DNA from: an uncultured Lachnospiraceae bacterium
GTDB taxonomy: Bacteria; Bacillota; Clostridia; Lachnospirales; Lachnospiraceae
Length of the DNA: 64,000 bases
Direction of reading: 5' to 3'
NCBI GenBank assembly: GCA_947624815.1
Contig: CANQME010000002.1
Span: 4,261-68,260, forward strand
In this document: piece by piece, positions 17,360 to 28,358 of the stretch
Layout of the letters: every line of letters begins with the position of its first letter
How positions within the stretch are numbered: position 1 is the first letter of the stretch
Program-made: the position numbers and the translations under genes
Notes under the pieces: generated by a model
The model's database searches: none
Seen by the model: only the letters and a program-made list of their open reading frames with translations
What the model was told of the DNA's origin: nothing

Positions 17360-19306
17360 TCAATCCAGCTCCGAAAGCCCGGTATACAACTCGTAATACC
17401 GCCCCTTCTGCGCCAGCAGATCGTCATGATCCCCTCGCTCGATGATCTCGCCCTTCTCAAGCACCATGATCGCATCGGCATTACGGACCGTCGACAGCCG
17501 GTGAGCGATCACGAACGTGGTTCTGTCCTTCATCAGCCGGTCCATACCATGCTCGATGTGCCGCTCTGTACGGGTATCAACCGAACTGGTCGCCTCATCC
17601 AGGATCAGGATCGGCGCCTTCGAGATCGCCGCTCGGGCAATATTCAGAAGCTGCCTCTGCCCCTGGCTCAGGTTCGCGCCATCGCCGGTCAGCTCCGTGT
17701 CATACCCCTTGGGCAGACGCATGATAAACGAATGGGCCGATGCCGTCTTCGCCGCCTGGACGACCTCCTCGTCGGTGGCATCCAGCCGTCCATAGCGGAT
17801 GTTCTCCCGCACCGTTCCCGTAAACAGGTGCGTATCCTGCAGAACCATCGCGATATTTTCTCGCAGATTGTCCATTTTCAGATGCTTGATGTCCACACCG
17901 TCGATGGTGATGGTTCCCGACTGGATATCGTAGAACCGGTTGATCAGGTTGGTGATCGTGGTCTTGCCGGCACCGGTGGAACCGACGAAGGCGATCTTCT
18001 GCCCCGGCTTCGCGTAGAGGCTGATGTCCTTCAAGATCGTCTTATCCGGGTTGTAGCCGAAATACACATGATCCAGGATCACATGGCCCTGCATCGGCGT
18101 AAGCGCCACGGCGTCCTTATCATCCGCCGGTTCCGGCTCCTGATCCATGACCGCAAACACTCGCTCCGCGCCGGCCAGAGCCGAGAACACCTGGCTCACC
18201 TGCTGGGAGATCTCATTGACCGGCCGCGAGAACTGCCGGGAGTAATTTAAGAACACCGTCAGTCCGCCGATATCGAAGCCCCGCAGCACGCAGAGCACGC
18301 CGCCGATGGCCGCCGTCAGGGAGTAGTTCACCTGGCTCAAGCAGTTCATCACCGGGCCCATCAGGCCGCCGAAGAACTGGGCCTTGATCTGATTCTCCCG
18401 CAGATCGTCGTTTAAGATATTGAATTCCTCTTTGGCCACGTCCTCATGGCAGAAGACCTTCACCACCTTCTGGCCGCTGACCGTCTCCTCCACGTAGCCG
18501 TTGACCGCACCCAGAGACTCCTGCAGCGATTTGAAATACTTGCGGCTCCGCATGGCGACCGCGCCACCCGCCCGAAGCATGAGCGGCATCATCAGAAGCG
18601 TTACCAGCGTCAGCCAGATATTGGTGTAGATCATAAGCGCCAGTGTGCCGATGATGCTGAGCGCGCCAGAGAACAGCTGTACCAGCGTGTTGGAAAGCAT
18701 CTGGCCCAGCACATCCACGTCGTTGGTGAAACGGCTCATCAGATCGCCATTGTTGTTATTGTCGTAGAAACGCACCGGCAACTCCTGCATTTTCGTAAAC
18801 AGATCGTCGCGGATCCGCTGCAGGGCGTTCTGGGCAATGTTTAACATGGTCTTGGCCTGCAGGTAGTTGGCCGCGACGCCCGCCACGTAGATGGCCGCCA
18901 TCACAAGCAGGGATCTGAGCAGTCCGGCCGCGTCGCCGCGACTGCCGTCCAGCGGCGCGATGTAAGTGTTGATGATCGGGCGGAGCATATAGGAGCCCGC
19001 CAGATTGGTAATGGTGCTGATCAGCACGCAGGCAAAGGCGATCAGCATCTTGGGTTTATCCTCTCCCAGGTAAGTAAAGATCCGGCGGATGGTCTTGCCG
19101 CTGTCCTTCATGGCGCCCTTTGGGACCGTCTGCTGGGCCGCGTTCCGTCCGCGCCGTCCTGGGCCGCCGGGTCCGGGACCTCGCATGCCGGCTCCCTGAG
19201 AGGAGGTATATTTGCTGTATCGTCTCTTCAGGCTTGCGACGCGGGCAGCCTGATCGACGGCCGCATTCGCGTTACCGTTTTTCATGATTTCATTGCTGCT
19301 CATCAC
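17360..19306 (-). CDS. ABC exporter, fused permease/ATPase subunit B
   Basis: GSTGAGKTT, LSQGQRQ, ILDEATS, IAHRLST; multi-TM N-terminus. Confidence 0.92.
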   Translation of the reverse strand: MMSSNEIMKNGNANAAVDQAARVASLKRRYSKYTSSQGAGMRGPGPGGPGRRGRNAAQQTVPKGAMKDSGKTIRRIFTYLGEDKPKMLIAFACVLISTITNLAGSYMLRPIINTYIAPLDGSRGDAAGLLRSLLVMAAIYVAGVAANYLQAKTMLNIAQNALQRIRDDLFTKMQELPVRFYDNNNNGDLMSRFTNDVDVLGQMLSNTLVQLFSGALSIIGTLALMIYTNIWLTLVTLLMMPLMLRAGGAVAMRSRKYFKSLQESLGAVNGYVEETVSGQKVVKVFCHEDVAKEEFNILNDDLRENQIKAQFFGGLMGPVMNCLSQVNYSLTAAIGGVLCVLRGFDIGGLTVFLNYSRQFSRPVNEISQQVSQVFSALAGAERVFAVMDQEPEPADDKDAVALTPMQGHVILDHVYFGYNPDKTILKDISLYAKPGQKIAFVGSTGAGKTTITNLINRFYDIQSGTITIDGVDIKHLKMDNLRENIAMVLQDTHLFTGTVRENIRYGRLDATDEEVVQAAKTASAHSFIMRLPKGYDTELTGDGANLSQGQRQLLNIARAAISKAPILILDEATSSVDTRTERHIEHGMDRLMKDRTTFVIAHRLSTVRNADAIMVLEKGEIIERGDHDDLLAQKGRYYELYTGLSELD

Positions 19307-21048
19307 GCGCTCACCTGCCTTTCCTTCTCCTGATCCCTCTGGGAGTAATAGATCTCCTGGTATGCCTCGCAGGTCTTGATCAGTTCGTCATGGGTTCCCA
19401 TGCCGATGATCTGACCGTCGTCCATCACCAGGATCTTGTCGGCTCCCTCTACGGAGCCGATCCGCTGCGCGATGATGATCTTCGTCGTATCCTTAAGCGA
19501 CGTGCGGAAGGCTTCCCGGATCTTCGCCTCGGTAGCCGTATCCACGGCGCTGGTGCTGTCGTCCAAAATCAGGATCTTCGGCCGTTTCAGCAGAGCCCTG
19601 GCGATACAGAGACGCTGCTTCTGACCGCCGGACACATTGGTTCCGCCCTGCTCGATCTCCGTCTGATAGCCGTCCGCAAAGCCCATGACGAATTCGTCCG
19701 CCTGGGCGCTCTCGGCCATCTGCCGGATCTCCTCCATGGAAGCGCTCTCATCGCCCCAGCGCAGGTTCTCCTCCACGGTGCCGGAGAACAGCTCGTTCTT
19801 CTGCAGCACCATTGCCACGCCGTTGCGCAGGTTTCTGAGGGAATAATCCCGCACATCCACGCCGTCCACCAGAACCTGGCCCTCGGTCGCGTCGTAAAGC
19901 CTGGGGATCATCTGCACCAGCGTGGTCTTGCCGCTGCCGGTGGTACCGATGATACCGATGATCTGTCCCGGCTCCGCCGTGAAATTGATATGCTCCAGAA
20001 CCTTCTCGCCGGCGTCGGAGCTGTAGCTGAAGCTGACGTCCTTAAACTCCACGCGGCCCTTCTCCACCTGCAGGTCTTTCTTCGTGGCTGCATCGTCGGT
20101 CAGGTCGATCTCGGCGTCCAGAACCTCATTGACACGCTTCACAGAGGCCATGGCGCGGGCGCCGTTTAAGAAGATCATGGAAAGCATCATCAGCGACGAC
20201 AGGATCTGCACGATATAGGTGGTAAATGCGGTCAGATCGCCGACGGCCATATGGCCCGCGATGATCTGGTTGCCGCCGAACCACACCACCAGGATCGTCG
20301 TGACGTTCATGGCCATCATCATGACCGGCATTGTGGTAATGACGATGTTCATGGCCTTTAAGCTGTGTTCCTTCAGATCCAGGTTCATGCTGTAGAACCG
20401 CTTGTTCTCGAAATCCTCGCGGACGAAGGACTTGATCACGCGCACATTGGTCAGCGCCTCCTGGATGCCGGAGTTCAGCCGGTCGATCTTCTGCTGCATG
20501 ACGCCGAACAATGGGTACGCCTTGATCATCAGAAACGCGATGGCTCCCGCCAGCAGCGGGATCACGATCAGTACGATCACCGCCAGGCTGGCGTTCATGG
20601 AGAGCGCCATGATCAGCGCGCCCACGAACATGCCGGGCGAACGGAAGGCCATCCGCAGGCACATCATGACCACCATCTGGATCTGGGTCAGGTCATTGGT
20701 CAGCCTGGTCACCAGAGAACCGGTGCTGAACTGGTCGATATTGTGAAAGGAAAACTCCTGCACCTTGGCGAATAAGTCGCGGCGCAGATCGGCGGTAAAG
20801 CAGGTGGACGCCTTGGTCGAGAAATAGGCTCCGCCCACGCCGCCGATGATCATAACGCAGGCCATCAGGATCATCACGAACCCGATTTCGATGATATAGG
20901 CCACGTCGTGGTTGGCGACGCCGTTATTGATGATCAGGGACATGAGCTTGGGCAGAGCAATCTCGCCCACCACCTCCGAGAGCATCAGGATCGGCGACAG
21001 AATGAACGCCGCCAGATACGGCATAATATACTTCTTGTAGCGTTTCAA
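19303..21048 (-). CDS. ABC exporter, fused permease/ATPase subunit A (degenerate site)
   Basis: GTTGSGKTT, VSGGQKQR, ILDDSTS, IAQR: the heterodimeric exporter pattern. Confidence 0.92.
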   Translation of the reverse strand: MKRYKKYIMPYLAAFILSPILMLSEVVGEIALPKLMSLIINNGVANHDVAYIIEIGFVMILMACVMIIGGVGGAYFSTKASTCFTADLRRDLFAKVQEFSFHNIDQFSTGSLVTRLTNDLTQIQMVVMMCLRMAFRSPGMFVGALIMALSMNASLAVIVLIVIPLLAGAIAFLMIKAYPLFGVMQQKIDRLNSGIQEALTNVRVIKSFVREDFENKRFYSMNLDLKEHSLKAMNIVITTMPVMMMAMNVTTILVVWFGGNQIIAGHMAVGDLTAFTTYIVQILSSLMMLSMIFLNGARAMASVKRVNEVLDAEIDLTDDAATKKDLQVEKGRVEFKDVSFSYSSDAGEKVLEHINFTAEPGQIIGIIGTTGSGKTTLVQMIPRLYDATEGQVLVDGVDVRDYSLRNLRNGVAMVLQKNELFSGTVEENLRWGDESASMEEIRQMAESAQADEFVMGFADGYQTEIEQGGTNVSGGQKQRLCIARALLKRPKILILDDSTSAVDTATEAKIREAFRTSLKDTTKIIIAQRIGSVEGADKILVMDDGQIIGMGTHDELIKTCEAYQEIYYSQRDQEKERQVSA

Positions 21049-21548
21049 TGTGAAATATCCTCACTTTCTATCGGAATTGCTGCGCCTTCGCCCAGCTCCA
21101 GGCGCACCAGATTCTCCATGATCCGGTCAAAATAACCGCCCATGGCGGTAAACTCCTCCTTCGTAAAACCCGAGAACATGGCCTTCTCCACTTCCGAGAA
21201 GATCCTCCGGCTGTCCTTTACGACCTGCTGGCCCTTCTCCGTGACTGTGATCTGGTTGAACCGGTTGTCCCGTTCATCCACCGTGCGGCTGATGTAGCCG
21301 CCCTTCTCCAGCTTCTTAAGCGTCACGGCGATGGTCGCCGACGTAACGTCGTTCATCCGCGCCAGCTCCTTCTGGGAAATGTTCGGATGATCGTGGATGC
21401 ACATCAGCACCCGATGCTGACTCCGGTAGACTCCCGTGGAATTCAAGCGTTTCTCCAGCACGCACCGGTGCTTGCGGGCGATCCGCATGTACTGGCTCAG
21501 AAGCCTGCCCTCCGGCGTATCGTGCCGCGGCTTCCTGTAATTACTCAA
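21045..21548 (-). CDS. MarR family transcriptional regulator
   Basis: SQKELA...SATIAVTLKKLEKGGYISR..DERDNR winged helix; stop overlaps the ABC start. Confidence 0.9.
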   Translation of the reverse strand: MSNYRKPRHDTPEGRLLSQYMRIARKHRCVLEKRLNSTGVYRSQHRVLMCIHDHPNISQKELARMNDVTSATIAVTLKKLEKGGYISRTVDERDNRFNQITVTEKGQQVVKDSRRIFSEVEKAMFSGFTKEEFTAMGGYFDRIMENLVRLELGEGAAIPIESEDISH

Positions 21549-21601
21549 GATCTCACCTCCGTAATCACCCGCCGGGCGGGCCGTAAGGTGCCCCGGCGTA
21601 A

Positions 21602-21666
21602 TTAGTTGACTGATAGTTAGTTAATTAACCGTTTGATAGTATACTATCCAGATCCTGAAAATGCAA
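21602..21666 (-). promoter_or_regulatory. sigma-A promoter plus probable MarR operator
   Basis: TTGCAT-17 bp-TATACT (21666-21638); imperfect palindrome AGTTAGTT/AATTAACC and a repeated TAGTT just downstream. Confidence 0.55.
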
Positions 21667-21714
21667 CAATTTTATAGAAATTTTATGACTTTCCTTTCCA
21701 GTAAGGCGCGCATT

Positions 21715-21761
21715 AAAAGGCCGCCGCAAACCAGCAACCGGTTTGCGGCGGCCCCGCTTTT
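21715..21761. terminator. Terminator after the GH78 gene
   Basis: aaaa-ggccgccgcaaacc ... ggtttgcggcggcc. Confidence 0.75.
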
Positions 21762-21784
21762 GGATCTTCGTCCTCAGACTCCGC

Positions 21785-24448
21785 TTATCCGTAGATCCCT
21801 TCGATCAAATACTCGCCTGCCCTAAGCGCCCCGTCCGGCGCCGCGGCGGCAGCCGTCTTTCCGTCGACCGTTACATCCGCCCATTTCGGATCCAGTTCCA
21901 GCTGCGCGCTGCATCCGAAGGGCACGCTCAGACGGCACACGACCTTTCCGCCGTCCCATTTCCAGCCGGCCCTGTACTCCCCGGCCACAGTGTCGTAGGA
22001 CGCTTCCGCGAACTCCAGCCGCCGGTCCGGCTGCGGCGAGAAGAGGATCTGTCTGGGCCCGCTGCCGTCCGCCTTAATCTGAAGACCGCAGACCCGCCCG
22101 TAGATCCATTCCACGATGGAGCCGTAGGCGTAGTGGTTTAAGCTGTTCATCCCTGTGCTGCTGATGCTTCCGTCAGGCAGAAGGGAATTCCAACGTTCCC
22201 AGATCGTGGTCGCACCCAGGTTCACCTCGTAGAGCCAGCTAGGATAGTCCTCGTTCAGAAGAAGCGTATACGCCAGATCCGCATGCCCCGTAGCCGACAG
22301 GGTCTGGCACAGATAGGCCGTGCCCACAAAGCCTGTGGCCAGATGCAGGTTCCATTCGTGCAGAAGCGCGCACAGCTCGTCGGCCGCTGCCGGGATCTCC
22401 GCCTCGTCGTAGAGCTTAAACCAGATGGCCAGCACATACGCGGTCTGGGTACGGATCGTAAGCTTCCCGCCGTCTCCCAGATAAGTCTTCCTGGCCGCTG
22501 CCTTCACCTCCGACGCGATCCGTTTATAATACGCCGCGTCCTCCGTTTTACCCAGCTTCTCCGCCGCCATGGCCGTCAGCTCCGCCGCATGCATGTAGTA
22601 CATGGTCGCCACAAAGTACGGATCCGTTCCTCCCTGGGGATTATCGCCCTTTGCGTCCAGGGACAGCCAGTCGCCGAAATGGAAGCCGCAGTTCCAGATC
22701 CGTTTTCCTCCGCAGTGCTCCTCGTCCATCCGGATGATGAAATCCGTCCACTGCTTCATATTGTCATACTGCTCGCCCAGCCACGCCAGGTTGCCGTAAT
22801 GGGAATACATGGTCCAGGGAATCACCGTGGCCGCATCGCCCCAGGCACAGGAGCCGGCCTCTCCCCAGGCGGGGGACGCCGGATCAAAGCCGGGTTCTCC
22901 GGCCTTCTTCCGGGCAATGCTCAGCACATCCGGCACCACGAAGGGCACCGACCCGCCGATCTGTCTCTGCTCATAGGCCATATCCTTCAGATACTTGCGG
23001 TAGAATACGGGCGTCAGCATATGGTACGAAGCCGCCGACGCGAAGATCTGCGCGTCTCCGGTCCAGCCCAGGCGCTCGTCCCTCTGGGGGCAGTCCGTGG
23101 GAATATCCAGGAAATTGTCCTTCTCGCTCCATCTGGTATTCAGGATCAGCCGGTTCACCTTTTCACTGGACGTCTTCAGATACCCGGTCTCCGTCAGATC
23201 CGAATACAGCGCCCACGCCTGGAAGCAGTCCCTGTTGGTCTCATCCACCTGCATGCCGGTCACCTTCACATAACGGAACCCATAGAATGTGAAATGAGGC
23301 CGCGCCAGCTGCTTTCTTCCGGCCGATATAAACGTATACTCCGCCCGGGCCGTACGCAGGTTATCGCGGTAGAATCTGCCGTTCTGCATGATCTCACTGT
23401 ACTGCAGACGAACCGACGCCTCCCTGGGAACATCCGCCGTAAATGTCACCCATCCGGTGATCTCCTGTCCGAAATCCAGGATCGTCTCGCCGATATCGGA
23501 GGTAATGATCTCCTTTACCGGAAGCACCTCGCGCCGCCTGACAGGGACGCCTGTCATGGGGCTCAGCTTACCCGCCGGGGCGTCCGCTTCCAGCGCGGCC
23601 GGGATCCGGGATACCGGCGTTGCCTTAAGCGCGTCCTCCATTCTGGCGTCATAGTCTTCTCCGTAGTAGATGCCGGACGCCACGACAGGACATTTATACG
23701 CCAGCCAGTTCTCATTGGTCCCGACTACACGGGCCAGCCCGTCGCAGTCCACCATATACAGATCCGCCAGAAGCTTAAACTCATCTCCATAATACTCCCG
23801 CAGAAGTCCGCTGTGCGCATAGCAGAAGGTTCCCTTATACCAACCGTCTCCCATCCAGACGTCGATCCGGTTCTCACCGGCTTTCAGATACTTCGCCACA
23901 TCGTAGGTCTGATACTGGATCCAGCCCCGGTAGTCCGTATAGTAAGGCGTCAGATACTGGTCTCCCACCTTCTCGCCGTTTAAATAGACCTCATAAAGCC
24001 CCAGTCCGCAGATATACAGGCGGGCCGTATCAAGCTCCTCCAGCTCCTCCTGTTCCAGGTCGAAGGTCTGGCACATCACAGGCGCGATCTCCCGGGCAAA
24101 CGGCGGCCGGATCCACTTGCCGTTCCATCCTCCGTCCGGATGACCGCCCTCGAAGGTTGCGACGTCGCTGATTCCGGTGCTTCCGGCGTCGTCGGTCACC
24201 TCCACGGTCCAGTAATATTTCACAGCCGGCTTCCAGGCCGTCTCCGGCACGAACGCGCAGCTGTCCAGATCCGCCCTGCCGCTGTCATAGACGATATTCC
24301 GAAATCCGGCGTCTTCCGCCACCACCAGTCTCGCCCAGTCCTGAACCTTTCCTCTGGCCCCGCTTACCTTCCAGGAAAACACTGCATGATCCAGGTCGAT
24401 GCCCAGAGGATCGGACTGGTAATTAACCTTCAAATCATAGATTTTCAT
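21785..24448 (-). CDS. Alpha-L-rhamnosidase (GH78)
   Basis: LYICGLGLYE, DFGQEITGW, IPTDCPQRDERLGWTGD, GATTIWERW, SLNHY. Confidence 0.92.
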   Translation of the reverse strand: MKIYDLKVNYQSDPLGIDLDHAVFSWKVSGARGKVQDWARLVVAEDAGFRNIVYDSGRADLDSCAFVPETAWKPAVKYYWTVEVTDDAGSTGISDVATFEGGHPDGGWNGKWIRPPFAREIAPVMCQTFDLEQEELEELDTARLYICGLGLYEVYLNGEKVGDQYLTPYYTDYRGWIQYQTYDVAKYLKAGENRIDVWMGDGWYKGTFCYAHSGLLREYYGDEFKLLADLYMVDCDGLARVVGTNENWLAYKCPVVASGIYYGEDYDARMEDALKATPVSRIPAALEADAPAGKLSPMTGVPVRRREVLPVKEIITSDIGETILDFGQEITGWVTFTADVPREASVRLQYSEIMQNGRFYRDNLRTARAEYTFISAGRKQLARPHFTFYGFRYVKVTGMQVDETNRDCFQAWALYSDLTETGYLKTSSEKVNRLILNTRWSEKDNFLDIPTDCPQRDERLGWTGDAQIFASAASYHMLTPVFYRKYLKDMAYEQRQIGGSVPFVVPDVLSIARKKAGEPGFDPASPAWGEAGSCAWGDAATVIPWTMYSHYGNLAWLGEQYDNMKQWTDFIIRMDEEHCGGKRIWNCGFHFGDWLSLDAKGDNPQGGTDPYFVATMYYMHAAELTAMAAEKLGKTEDAAYYKRIASEVKAAARKTYLGDGGKLTIRTQTAYVLAIWFKLYDEAEIPAAADELCALLHEWNLHLATGFVGTAYLCQTLSATGHADLAYTLLLNEDYPSWLYEVNLGATTIWERWNSLLPDGSISSTGMNSLNHYAYGSIVEWIYGRVCGLQIKADGSGPRQILFSPQPDRRLEFAEASYDTVAGEYRAGWKWDGGKVVCRLSVPFGCSAQLELDPKWADVTVDGKTAAAAAPDGALRAGEYLIEGIYG

Positions 24449-24515
24449 CTCTGCTTTCTCCTTCTTCATCAAAATGCGAACCCGCCCGCGCCGGGAACAT
24501 AAATAACCGCCGCGC

Positions 24516-26591
24516 TCAGCACGGGAACGGGTTGATCCCTTCAAATTCCACTTCCCACTGCCCGTCCTTCGGGAACCCCGGAAGCGGGCCGCTTCCCGGG
24601 TAACCGGCCGTCATCAGGGTTGCCGCCAGAAGCAGCGATCCGTTGCCCGGCAGATACAGGGGCAGATCGTTTCGCCCCTTCTGGAAATTATTGCCGCTCG
24701 TTACATAGGTATTCTTCGGCGTATCCGCCAGCAGAAGGCGGATCGCGTGTTCCGGCCTGCCAAGCCTAACCGCCGTCATCGCCATGACCGCGAAATCCCA
24801 TCCCCAGAGAGACGAGTAATCCCATACCTTCTCCACCCGGCGCAGGGAATTCTCCATGATCTCCGGATCCGTCCGGCCTCCGTCGATAACGCCGTACGCA
24901 CAAAGCATGGAGGGATGGTCATGAGCGAACTCCCCATAGCTGTCACGGCAGCCGTCATGGGCCAGATAGCAGCCATCCTCCGCGGCCATCGGAGCCATAT
25001 GCTCCGACACCGTTTGCCACGCGTCCGGGCAGGGTTCTCCCAGCCGTCCGGCCCACCGGACGGCAAGCCGCAGCGTATACTGCCAGTACTCCACCTCAAA
25101 GGCCGGATTCCTCGTGTCTTCGGGCCGGTGATTCTCCTGCACGGGGATCAACGGGGGCAGAAGCTCATATACGCCCCGTTCTTCGTTATAAGCGGCGAAA
25201 TCCGCCATGAAATCCGCCGTTTCCTTCACCAGAGGATAATATTTCTCCAGAAACTCCCTCTTCTGCTGCCCGAGACTTTGGTAGGCCATCTCCAGCATAT
25301 AGATGAGATGCGGCTGCTGCCAGACCAGGAGCGTGGCGATACTGGACGGGCTGTCGATTGCGTCCTCCGCCACCATCTTCGGCCAGCGGGCTCCCCGAAA
25401 GCCGTTGCGCGCGGCATTCTGCCGGGCCTGGGGAAGATGCCTGAGGAACCAGTCCAGGCTGCGCGTCAGAAGCCTGGTATGGTTCCACAGGGGCAGATAC
25501 GCCTCATGCCAGAAATACATCTCCAGATGGGCCTTGCCATACCAGCTGTTGCAGGTCAGCCCTGTCTCCGCAGGCGGAACGCTGCCCGCGGACTGGATCG
25601 CCAGCAGATACCGGGACAGAACGATCCGTCGTTCCAGCTCCGGCGCGCGGCTGTCGCGGCTTCTGTGCAGATCGATCGCTCCGCCCTTCTCCCAGAACTC
25701 ACAAAAATACGCCCGGCTGGCGAGAAAGACCTCCTCCGTGGTCAGCGGCTTGCGCTCCTCCGCCGGCGAAGCCGTCCCCGTCTTCCGGAATTCGGCCGTC
25801 AGACCGATAACGGATCTTCCTGCCCCAGCCGTCACCAGGAACCGGTGTCTTCCGACTGCCTCAAGCCCGGCGCCCTCCAGGCCGACCGTCACCTCGTAAC
25901 CGTCCCGGTCAAGCGTCCGCCGGAGTACGGCGACATGCTCGTCCTCTGTCAGAAGCTCCGTAGAATGGGCCTCTTCCCTCTCCCAGTCGGAAGCCGAAAT
26001 ATCCGGACTTCCATACGGGAATGCGATCTCCACCGCCAGTCCCCGGCCAAGCAGTTCCGAGCGGATCGTAAAACCCACCGCATCCCTCTCCCCCGCCACG
26101 GCCGTAAGGATCCGGCAGTCCTCCCCGTCCAGCATAAACCGGCTGTCCAGGATCCCCTCATACAGGTTCAGTTCCTGACGGATCCCCGTGATCCGGTCTG
26201 GACGGATCTGTCCGCCGTTCCATACCAGACCGATCCGGGCCAGGTTAAGCCTGTGGGGATTCTGCCGCAGCCAGTCGTAAACCGCTTCATTGCCCTTTTT
26301 CTTCTCGGACGCGTAACGGACTGTTCGACCCCGATAGGGATACCCGGTCATCTCCACCTCGTCCGGCGAATACGCATAGCGCTCCGCACTTACAGGCGTC
26401 GTGTGCCATCCCCACTGCGCCATGGTACACAGAGGCAGCACCTGTTCATACGTCTCATACAGGGTCTGCATCCCCGTAATATCGGCTGTATACGCGAAAT
26501 TCCCGTTCCCGACAGACAGGGGAGAACACTCGTCCACCTCCGTCAGAACCGGATTATGTCTGCTTACCAGCGCGTAACGATCAATCGACAT
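24516..26591 (-). CDS. Six-hairpin glycoside hydrolase (GH65/GH95-like, uncharacterised)
   Basis: PLSVGNGNFAYTADITG, ETGLTCNSWYGKAHLEM, GARWPK, WGWDF, YLPGNG. Confidence 0.7.
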   Translation of the reverse strand: MSIDRYALVSRHNPVLTEVDECSPLSVGNGNFAYTADITGMQTLYETYEQVLPLCTMAQWGWHTTPVSAERYAYSPDEVEMTGYPYRGRTVRYASEKKKGNEAVYDWLRQNPHRLNLARIGLVWNGGQIRPDRITGIRQELNLYEGILDSRFMLDGEDCRILTAVAGERDAVGFTIRSELLGRGLAVEIAFPYGSPDISASDWEREEAHSTELLTEDEHVAVLRRTLDRDGYEVTVGLEGAGLEAVGRHRFLVTAGAGRSVIGLTAEFRKTGTASPAEERKPLTTEEVFLASRAYFCEFWEKGGAIDLHRSRDSRAPELERRIVLSRYLLAIQSAGSVPPAETGLTCNSWYGKAHLEMYFWHEAYLPLWNHTRLLTRSLDWFLRHLPQARQNAARNGFRGARWPKMVAEDAIDSPSSIATLLVWQQPHLIYMLEMAYQSLGQQKREFLEKYYPLVKETADFMADFAAYNEERGVYELLPPLIPVQENHRPEDTRNPAFEVEYWQYTLRLAVRWAGRLGEPCPDAWQTVSEHMAPMAAEDGCYLAHDGCRDSYGEFAHDHPSMLCAYGVIDGGRTDPEIMENSLRRVEKVWDYSSLWGWDFAVMAMTAVRLGRPEHAIRLLLADTPKNTYVTSGNNFQKGRNDLPLYLPGNGSLLLAATLMTAGYPGSGPLPGFPKDGQWEVEFEGINPFPC

Positions 26592-26736
26592 TCCATCTCC
26601 ACCTTCCGCCGCGGCGCCTTCTCTGTTCCGTCCAACCGGCGCCGGCATCCCTGCCGTCTGCCTCCGTCATTTCCCTGCTGCTCCCGATGCAGCCGCGCGG
26701 GCCTGCCTGCGCCATCGGGCATCCCCGGATAAACAA

Positions 26737-26772
26737 GGGCGGCGGCGCGGTCCCAAACCGCAGCCGCCGCCC
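26737..26772 (-). terminator. Hairpin after the isomerase gene
   Basis: gggcggcggcgcgg ... ccgcagccgccgccc. Confidence 0.55.
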
Positions 26773-26799
26773 CGAATGAACGATTGTCGGCCGAACCGA

Positions 26800-28278
26800 T
26801 TATGCGAACGGATTCTCCGTCGGATACGGCAGGCTCTTCGGCTGATTGTATCCGATGTTCTCCGCGCCCAGATACTTGAACACCTCGAACAGCGCCTTGC
26901 CATAGTGACCGAACGCCACCGCGCCGTGATGCGGGAAGCCTCCCTCGATCAGCACATGGCGGTAGAAGCGTCCCATCTCCGGAATCGCGAATACGCCGAC
27001 GCCCCCGAAAGAACGGGTCGCTACCGGCAGGATCTCGCCCTGCGCCACATAGGCGCGCAGATGGTTGTCCGCGGTGCTCTGCAGACGGTAGAAGGTGATG
27101 TCACCAGGCACCAGGTCGCCCTCCAGCGTACCCTGGGTCACTTCCTCCGGCAGAGACCGGGCCATGATCAGCTGATACTTCATCGAGCAGCTGGTCAGCT
27201 TCTTGGAGCAGGTGTTGCCGCAGTGGAAGCCCATGAAGGTATCCTTGTGCGTGTAATTGTATTTGCCCTTGATATCGGCCTCGTACATATCCGCCGGCAC
27301 CGAGTTGTTGATGTCGAGCAGCGTAACGATATCGCCGCTTACGCAGGTTCCGATGAACTCGCTCAGAGCGCCGTAGATATCCACTTCACAGGAGACCGGG
27401 ATGCCGCGTCCGGTCAGACGGCTGTTCACATAGCAGGGAACAAAACCGAACTGGGTCTGGAATGCGGGCCAGCACTTTCCGGCGATGGCCACGTACTTAC
27501 GGTAGCCCTTATGATCCTCCACCCAGTCAAGCAGAGTCAGCTCATACTGAGCCAGCTTCGGCAGGATCTCCGGCTTCATATTGCCCTTTCCAAGCTCTGC
27601 CTCCATGTCGGCCACGACCTCCGGGATCCTGGGATCGCCGGCATGCTTGTTGAACGCCTCGAACAGATCCAGCTCGGAATTCTCCTCGATCTCCACGCCC
27701 ATGTTGTACAGCTGCTTGATGGGAGCGTTGCAGGCCAGGAAGTTAAGCGGTCTCGGACCGAAGCTGATGATCTTAAGGTTGGCAAGGCCTACCATCGCGC
27801 GGGCGATCGGCAGGAACTCCTCGATCATATCGGCGCACTCCTCAGCCGTACCTACCGGATACTCCGGAATATAAGCCTTTACATTGCGAAGCTTTAAGTT
27901 GTAGCTGGCGTTCAGCATGCCGCAGTATGCGTCGCCGCGGCCCTGGATCAGGCTGTCGCCTGCTTCCTCGGCAGCCGCCACATACATCACCGGGCCGTCG
28001 AAATGCTTCGCCAGAAGGGTCTCGGAAATCTCCGGACCGAAGTTGCCCAGGTAGACGCACAGGGCGTTGCAGCCCGCCGCCTTCACATCCTCAAGAGCCT
28101 GAACCATATGGATCTCGCTCTCCACGATGCAGATGGGGCACTCATAGATATTGGCGGCGTCATACTTCTTCGTATAGGCGTCCACCAGCGCCTTGCGGCG
28201 GTTTACAGACAGAGACTCCGGGAAGCAGTCGCGGCTGACGGCCACGATTCCCAATTTTACTACCGGTACATTGCTCAT
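26800..28278 (-). CDS. L-fucose/arabinose isomerase-family protein, probably a clostridial-type xylose isomerase (XylA-II-like)
   Basis: GNFGPE, RGDAYCG, KCWP, SCEVD, GFHCGN, FPHH; in an operon with xylB and DUF4867. Confidence 0.75.
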   Translation of the reverse strand: MSNVPVVKLGIVAVSRDCFPESLSVNRRKALVDAYTKKYDAANIYECPICIVESEIHMVQALEDVKAAGCNALCVYLGNFGPEISETLLAKHFDGPVMYVAAAEEAGDSLIQGRGDAYCGMLNASYNLKLRNVKAYIPEYPVGTAEECADMIEEFLPIARAMVGLANLKIISFGPRPLNFLACNAPIKQLYNMGVEIEENSELDLFEAFNKHAGDPRIPEVVADMEAELGKGNMKPEILPKLAQYELTLLDWVEDHKGYRKYVAIAGKCWPAFQTQFGFVPCYVNSRLTGRGIPVSCEVDIYGALSEFIGTCVSGDIVTLLDINNSVPADMYEADIKGKYNYTHKDTFMGFHCGNTCSKKLTSCSMKYQLIMARSLPEEVTQGTLEGDLVPGDITFYRLQSTADNHLRAYVAQGEILPVATRSFGGVGVFAIPEMGRFYRHVLIEGGFPHHGAVAFGHYGKALFEVFKYLGAENIGYNQPKSLPYPTENPFA

Positions 28279-28358
28279 GTGAATATCCTCCATTTTAAAT
28301 TATTTACCAATCAGACAGCTTTCGCTGCTTCATGCACAACTTCTCCGGCGCGGCCGCA

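Noticed and set aside
16500-17481. Short ORFs inside the hairpin elements (also 31250-32443), some similar between copies
   Set aside because: Their similarity follows from the DNA repeat; substitutions preserve base pairing rather than codons.
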